Part shown: piece by piece, positions 60,701-64,000 of the stretch
Layout of the letters: every line of letters begins with the position of its first letter
Position numbering within the stretch: position 1 is the first letter of the stretch
From: Spirochaetales bacterium
Lineage (GTDB): Bacteria; Spirochaetota; Spirochaetia; SZUA-6; RPPD01
DNA length: 64,000 nucleotides
Direction of reading: 5' to 3'
Assembly (NCBI GenBank): GCA_016929065.1
Contig: JAFGJO010000055.1
Location: forward strand, 401-64,400
Translations under genes and position numbers: made by a program
Notes under the pieces: model-generated
What the model saw: the letters and a program-made list of their open reading frames with translations, nothing else
Database searches by the model: none
What the model was told of the DNA's origin: nothing

Positions 60701-62464
60701 ATGCCGAATATTGATGATCTTCTTCGAAAAAGAAAAGAACTTATGGAAGAAATCGACCAGGAGATCAGATCCCGGTATACCAAAGCAGTAACCCTTCTTT
60801 TTACCGATATTGTGGGGTCGACCCGGTTTTTTGAGGAAATGGGCGATATCGCAGGTCGGCAGATGATTCAGACGCATAATGACCTGCTGTTTCCTGTGAT
60901 TGACAAATTCGGGGGACGGGTGATCAAGACAATCGGTGATTCCATCATGGCCAGCTTTGACGACTCAAAGCAGGCTGTAAGCGGCGCAGTGACGATGCAG
61001 AAGGCATTGGAAAAATACAACAAGGCGACCGATGACAGGCATAAAATACGCGTCCGGATGGGACTGCATTTTGGTGAAGCGGTGGTCGATGAAAAAGACC
61101 TCTTTGGCGATATGGTCAATACTTCCGCCCGGGTGGAAGCGCGGGCGAATGCAGATGAAATCATTATTTCCCATGCATTAAAGGAACAGATTGAGGGACA
61201 TGATTTTCCCATGGTGTTTCTGGGAACCGATGTGGTTAAAGGCAAGAAAGAGAAAATTGATTTTTTTCTGGTAAACTGGAATTCCCGGGATGAAAAGGAA
61301 ATTGTCGAGTCGTGGAAAACACGCATCACCATCACAATTACGCATGAAAAAAGCGCAGCAAAGGCGCCCGGTGTGGTAGTCAAAAAAAATATTGCCATAT
61401 CCCCGGATATTCCCCCGCTCACGCGGAAGGGAAATCCGTATCTGAACCGTGTCATGCTTCCGCATCCTTCTCTGTTTTTCGGAAGAAAAGCGCTGGTAAA
61501 ACGGATCTTTTCAAGGATAGAGTCGGATCGGCCTCAGTCAATTTCTGTTGTCGGCGAGCGCAGGATTGGAAAATCGTCTCTGCTGAATTTTCTGAATTTT
61601 CCAAGCACCCGGGCAGCGCTGATGTCTGCACCCGAAAAATATATTTTTACATTTGTCGATTTTCAGCAGGTCCGGGCCCAGGCGGCAAGTGAAATTGTCG
61701 GAATCATTTTCCGGGAAATGGAGCGGACTCTCTGTGACGGCATTTCAATTAATGTTGAACCGGATTTTGACGGAATGAAGACACTGGTTGAAGCAGTCAC
61801 TTCTGCGGGGTTCCGCCTGATTTTGTTTTTTGACGAGTTTGAATCGGTGACGAAAAATGAGCATATAAAGCCGGATTTTTACAGTTTTTTCCGCTCCCTG
61901 GCCAATAATTACCCGCTCGCATTTGTGACTGCAAGCGGACGAAATCTCAAGGATATGTGTGTTACCCACGAAATTTCCGATTCCCCTTTTTTCAATATCT
62001 TTACTGTTCAGAATGTCGGGCTGTTCAGCGAAAAGGAGGCAGCTGAATTAATCGCCGGACCGTCTGTAGAATCCAGGGTGCCGCTTGCCCCGCTGACAGA
62101 GTCAATTATTGCTGAAGCAGGCTGTTATCCGTTTTTTTTGCAGATGATGTGCGGTGCGTGGTTTGAATATCTGGATGCAGAAGGGGCAATGGCGGAAGAA
62201 TTCACCTCGAAACCGGCACCCAAAGAGGTGATTGCCCTTTTTAAAGAAGAAGCAGAACCTCATTTCGAATATATTGCAGAGACTTTTTCAAAAGAAGAAG
62301 AAAAGCTGTGCAGACAAATTGCAGATCAGAAGCCGGTCGCAACAGATTCACCGGTTGCAGAACAGTTGTTGCGGCGGGGGTATTGTATCGAGGATGAGCA
62401 GCGGGGACTGCGCCTGTTCGGCAGTCAGTTTGAATTGTTTTTGAAAAAATATTATTCACGGTGA
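60701..62464 (+). CDS. Class III nucleotidyl cyclase fused to a paralogous P-loop NTPase
   Basis: N-terminal LLFTDIVGST...KTIGDSIMASF...GDMVNTSARVE. Then FFGRKALV...GERRIGKSSLLNFL, FFDEFE, SPFFNIFT. Confidence 0.75.
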   Translation: MPNIDDLLRKRKELMEEIDQEIRSRYTKAVTLLFTDIVGSTRFFEEMGDIAGRQMIQTHNDLLFPVIDKFGGRVIKTIGDSIMASFDDSKQAVSGAVTMQKALEKYNKATDDRHKIRVRMGLHFGEAVVDEKDLFGDMVNTSARVEARANADEIIISHALKEQIEGHDFPMVFLGTDVVKGKKEKIDFFLVNWNSRDEKEIVESWKTRITITITHEKSAAKAPGVVVKKNIAISPDIPPLTRKGNPYLNRVMLPHPSLFFGRKALVKRIFSRIESDRPQSISVVGERRIGKSSLLNFLNFPSTRAALMSAPEKYIFTFVDFQQVRAQAASEIVGIIFREMERTLCDGISINVEPDFDGMKTLVEAVTSAGFRLILFFDEFESVTKNEHIKPDFYSFFRSLANNYPLAFVTASGRNLKDMCVTHEISDSPFFNIFTVQNVGLFSEKEAAELIAGPSVESRVPLAPLTESIIAEAGCYPFFLQMMCGAWFEYLDAEGAMAEEFTSKPAPKEVIALFKEEAEPHFEYIAETFSKEEEKLCRQIADQKPVATDSPVAEQLLRRGYCIEDEQRGLRLFGSQFELFLKKYYSR

Positions 62465-62505
62465 ACCGGGTTGCCGGGAAAGTCAAAACGAGTTAAAATA
62501 TTTTC

Positions 62506-62703
62506 ATGAATTGTCAAAACAAACCACAAAATAAAACACAATGCAATTGCACCTATCCGGGATGCAGCAGGCACGGCGTCTGCTGTGAATGCATCCAGTA
62601 CCACCGCCGAAGCAATGAACTCCCTGCCTGTTTTTTCACTGCACAGGAAGAGCGTACATACAATCGCAGTATTTCTTTTTTTGTAAAAAACCGTTCACGG
62701 TAA
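62506..62703 (+). CDS. Small Cys-rich protein (C-x-C...C-x3-G-x-C-C-x-C)
   Basis: 65-aa ORF with 8 Cys in an ordered pattern. Confidence 0.4.
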   Translation: MNCQNKPQNKTQCNCTYPGCSRHGVCCECIQYHRRSNELPACFFTAQEERTYNRSISFFVKNRSR

Positions 62704-62805
62704 TTTGTTGGTGACAGTATTCAGGAAAGGATATCGCTCCCTGTCTGATTCATCTTGTAAAATATATCACCTGCGATTATTATTAATACAGGGAGCACCG
62801 TTCGT

Positions 62806-64000
62806 ATGGCAGGCAGCACAGGGACCTTTGTTTTTGATACCTTCGAAGAAATAGACCTCTATGATCTCGCGCAGACCGCACAAAATGAAGATTATAAAAA
62901 ACTGTCCGGGTGGCTCTGTAAATACAAGGAAAGCAAACTCATTGAAAATAACCTGCTGTGGGAGCAGGAAAAACGGAAAGAATATCAGCATGAATACCAG
63001 TTTTTGCTGAAATTGATTGACTCCTACATCGCCATTACGTCAAAAGACCATAAAACAGGAAAAACCAATTTTTATGAAAAATTGAAAATGCGGAGACGAA
63101 TTCGCCAGCTTACCGGTGAAATATTCAGCAGCCTGAACCTGCCGGACAAAACTGCGGTTGTCCTTGATAATTACCTGCGGAAAAAAAACTTTGACAATTC
63201 TTTTCGTGATTTTGTTGAAGAACACTTCCGCGGAAACACGGCCCGGGATGATGTGGCCGGCGAATTGAAAATGTCCAACAGGGAGAAAAAAGAGCTCCAT
63301 GAGTTTATCAACAAGAAAATGACCGCTCTGGAGAAATATGAATACGGCCGGGAGTTTGTTGATATTGATGTTTATCTTGCCGAATATGAGAAAAAGCTGG
63401 GAAATCATATTTTCCTTCTCGATGAGCTGGTGGATATTTTAAGTACGGAATATGACCGGCGGATACTTTCCACGCGGCACCGTTTTGAGGAATACCTTCA
63501 GCCGCTGAAGCGGGTTCTTGAAAGAATAGACGATGAGATCCGCGAGATAGACAAAGACATCGGTTTTCTTGCCAAAGACACCTCAATTGATAAAGCTGAT
63601 AAAAAAAAGCTTGAGACAGCATTCAAGCAAAAGCGGAACGAACTTCTGTCGCTGAAAAAACAGGAGTTTGAAAAGCTCAACTCGATAAAACTGGTTTCAG
63701 AAAACATCAAGGAAGGAGTCAAACAGTTTCATCTGCTTATAGACCGGTTGAGCGACAAACTCAGATATTTTAAAAACCGTCAGTTTTACATTGAAAAACT
63801 CGCCCGATACGGTGCCGACATTCCAAAACTCAAGAATATCCTCAATGATCTGTATTCGACGTTTAACAGGCATATCAAGACGCTGCAGAAAAGTTTTCTT
63901 CTATTCGACTTGTCCTTTCAAAAAACAGTACTCAGTGCAATCGAAGACCAGAGCGTCATTAACCGCATTGTATTGTCCCCTCACGGGATTGTGGACGCGG
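62806..64000 (+). CDS. Large charged, coiled-coil-rich hypothetical protein (3' end beyond window)
   Basis: ORF open from the ATG at 62806 to the window end (absent from the ORF track for lack of a stop). RBS gggag. All overlapping minus-strand ORFs look like shadows. Confidence 0.55.
   Translation, partial: MAGSTGTFVFDTFEEIDLYDLAQTAQNEDYKKLSGWLCKYKESKLIENNLLWEQEKRKEYQHEYQFLLKLIDSYIAITSKDHKTGKTNFYEKLKMRRRIRQLTGEIFSSLNLPDKTAVVLDNYLRKKNFDNSFRDFVEEHFRGNTARDDVAGELKMSNREKKELHEFINKKMTALEKYEYGREFVDIDVYLAEYEKKLGNHIFLLDELVDILSTEYDRRILSTRHRFEEYLQPLKRVLERIDDEIREIDKDIGFLAKDTSIDKADKKKLETAFKQKRNELLSLKKQEFEKLNSIKLVSENIKEGVKQFHLLIDRLSDKLRYFKNRQFYIEKLARYGADIPKLKNILNDLYSTFNRHIKTLQKSFLLFDLSFQKTVLSAIEDQSVINRIVLSPHGIVDA

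Noticed and set aside
62767-63722. Four overlapping minus-strand ORFs
   Set aside because: All overlap a continuous 398-codon-plus plus-strand ORF with RBS that runs to the window end.
1-64000. CRISPR arrays, tRNA/rRNA genes, intact IS elements or transposases
   Set aside because: I looked for regularly spaced short repeats, tRNA-like T-arm and acceptor patterns, and DDE or recombinase ORFs. Only a recombinase fragment at 18640-18795 was found.

Overview
This 64 kb window looks like ordinary bacterial chromosome. Genes carry strong Shine-Dalgarno sites. Signal peptides are of the 'LFAQQ/IFSQE' type and the ParE is short, which suggests an FCB-group or spirochaete-like organism. GC is about 45-47% with one clearly AT-rich block. 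Coding density is high, with roughly 60 genes. No rRNA, tRNA, CRISPR array or intact transposase was seen.

Housekeeping genes include: a type IIA topoisomerase B/A pair, adenosylhomocysteinase with an ArsR-methyltransferase (SahR-like) regulator, type III glutamine synthetase, endonuclease III, PolX, ArgC, RluA, MscS, an ABC exporter, a beta-CASP RNase and a cyclophilin.

Accessory content includes:
- An AT-rich toxin-antitoxin island at about 16.1-20.2 kb. It holds Phd/RelE, VapC/Phd, HigB/HigA and an orphan truncated BrnA. It also holds a tyrosine-recombinase remnant and a nucleoside 2-deoxyribosyltransferase-like gene fused to a winged helix.
- A HicB gene with a truncated HicA-like ORF at 25.1-25.4 kb.
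- Pectin-related secreted proteins: a PL1 pectate lyase, a 671-aa surface protein sharing its C-terminal domain, a QW-motif alpha/alpha-toroid lipoprotein and a GH13 amylase interrupted by an in-frame TAG.
- A 120-bp direct repeat at about 96% identity that carries a sigma70-like promoter. It sits in front of two different genes.
- Two class III nucleotidyl cyclases.

The most unusual feature is a tightly coupled four-gene operon at 56.8-62.5 kb. It encodes three paralogous archaeal-type (PF01637-like) P-loop NTPase modules, each with a different fusion: a transmembrane segment plus two PEGA domains, none, and an N-terminal class III cyclase. It also encodes an outer-membrane-like beta-barrel protein. 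A small Cys-rich protein and a long coiled-coil protein follow. This operon is the best candidate for an undescribed envelope-spanning signalling or defence module.
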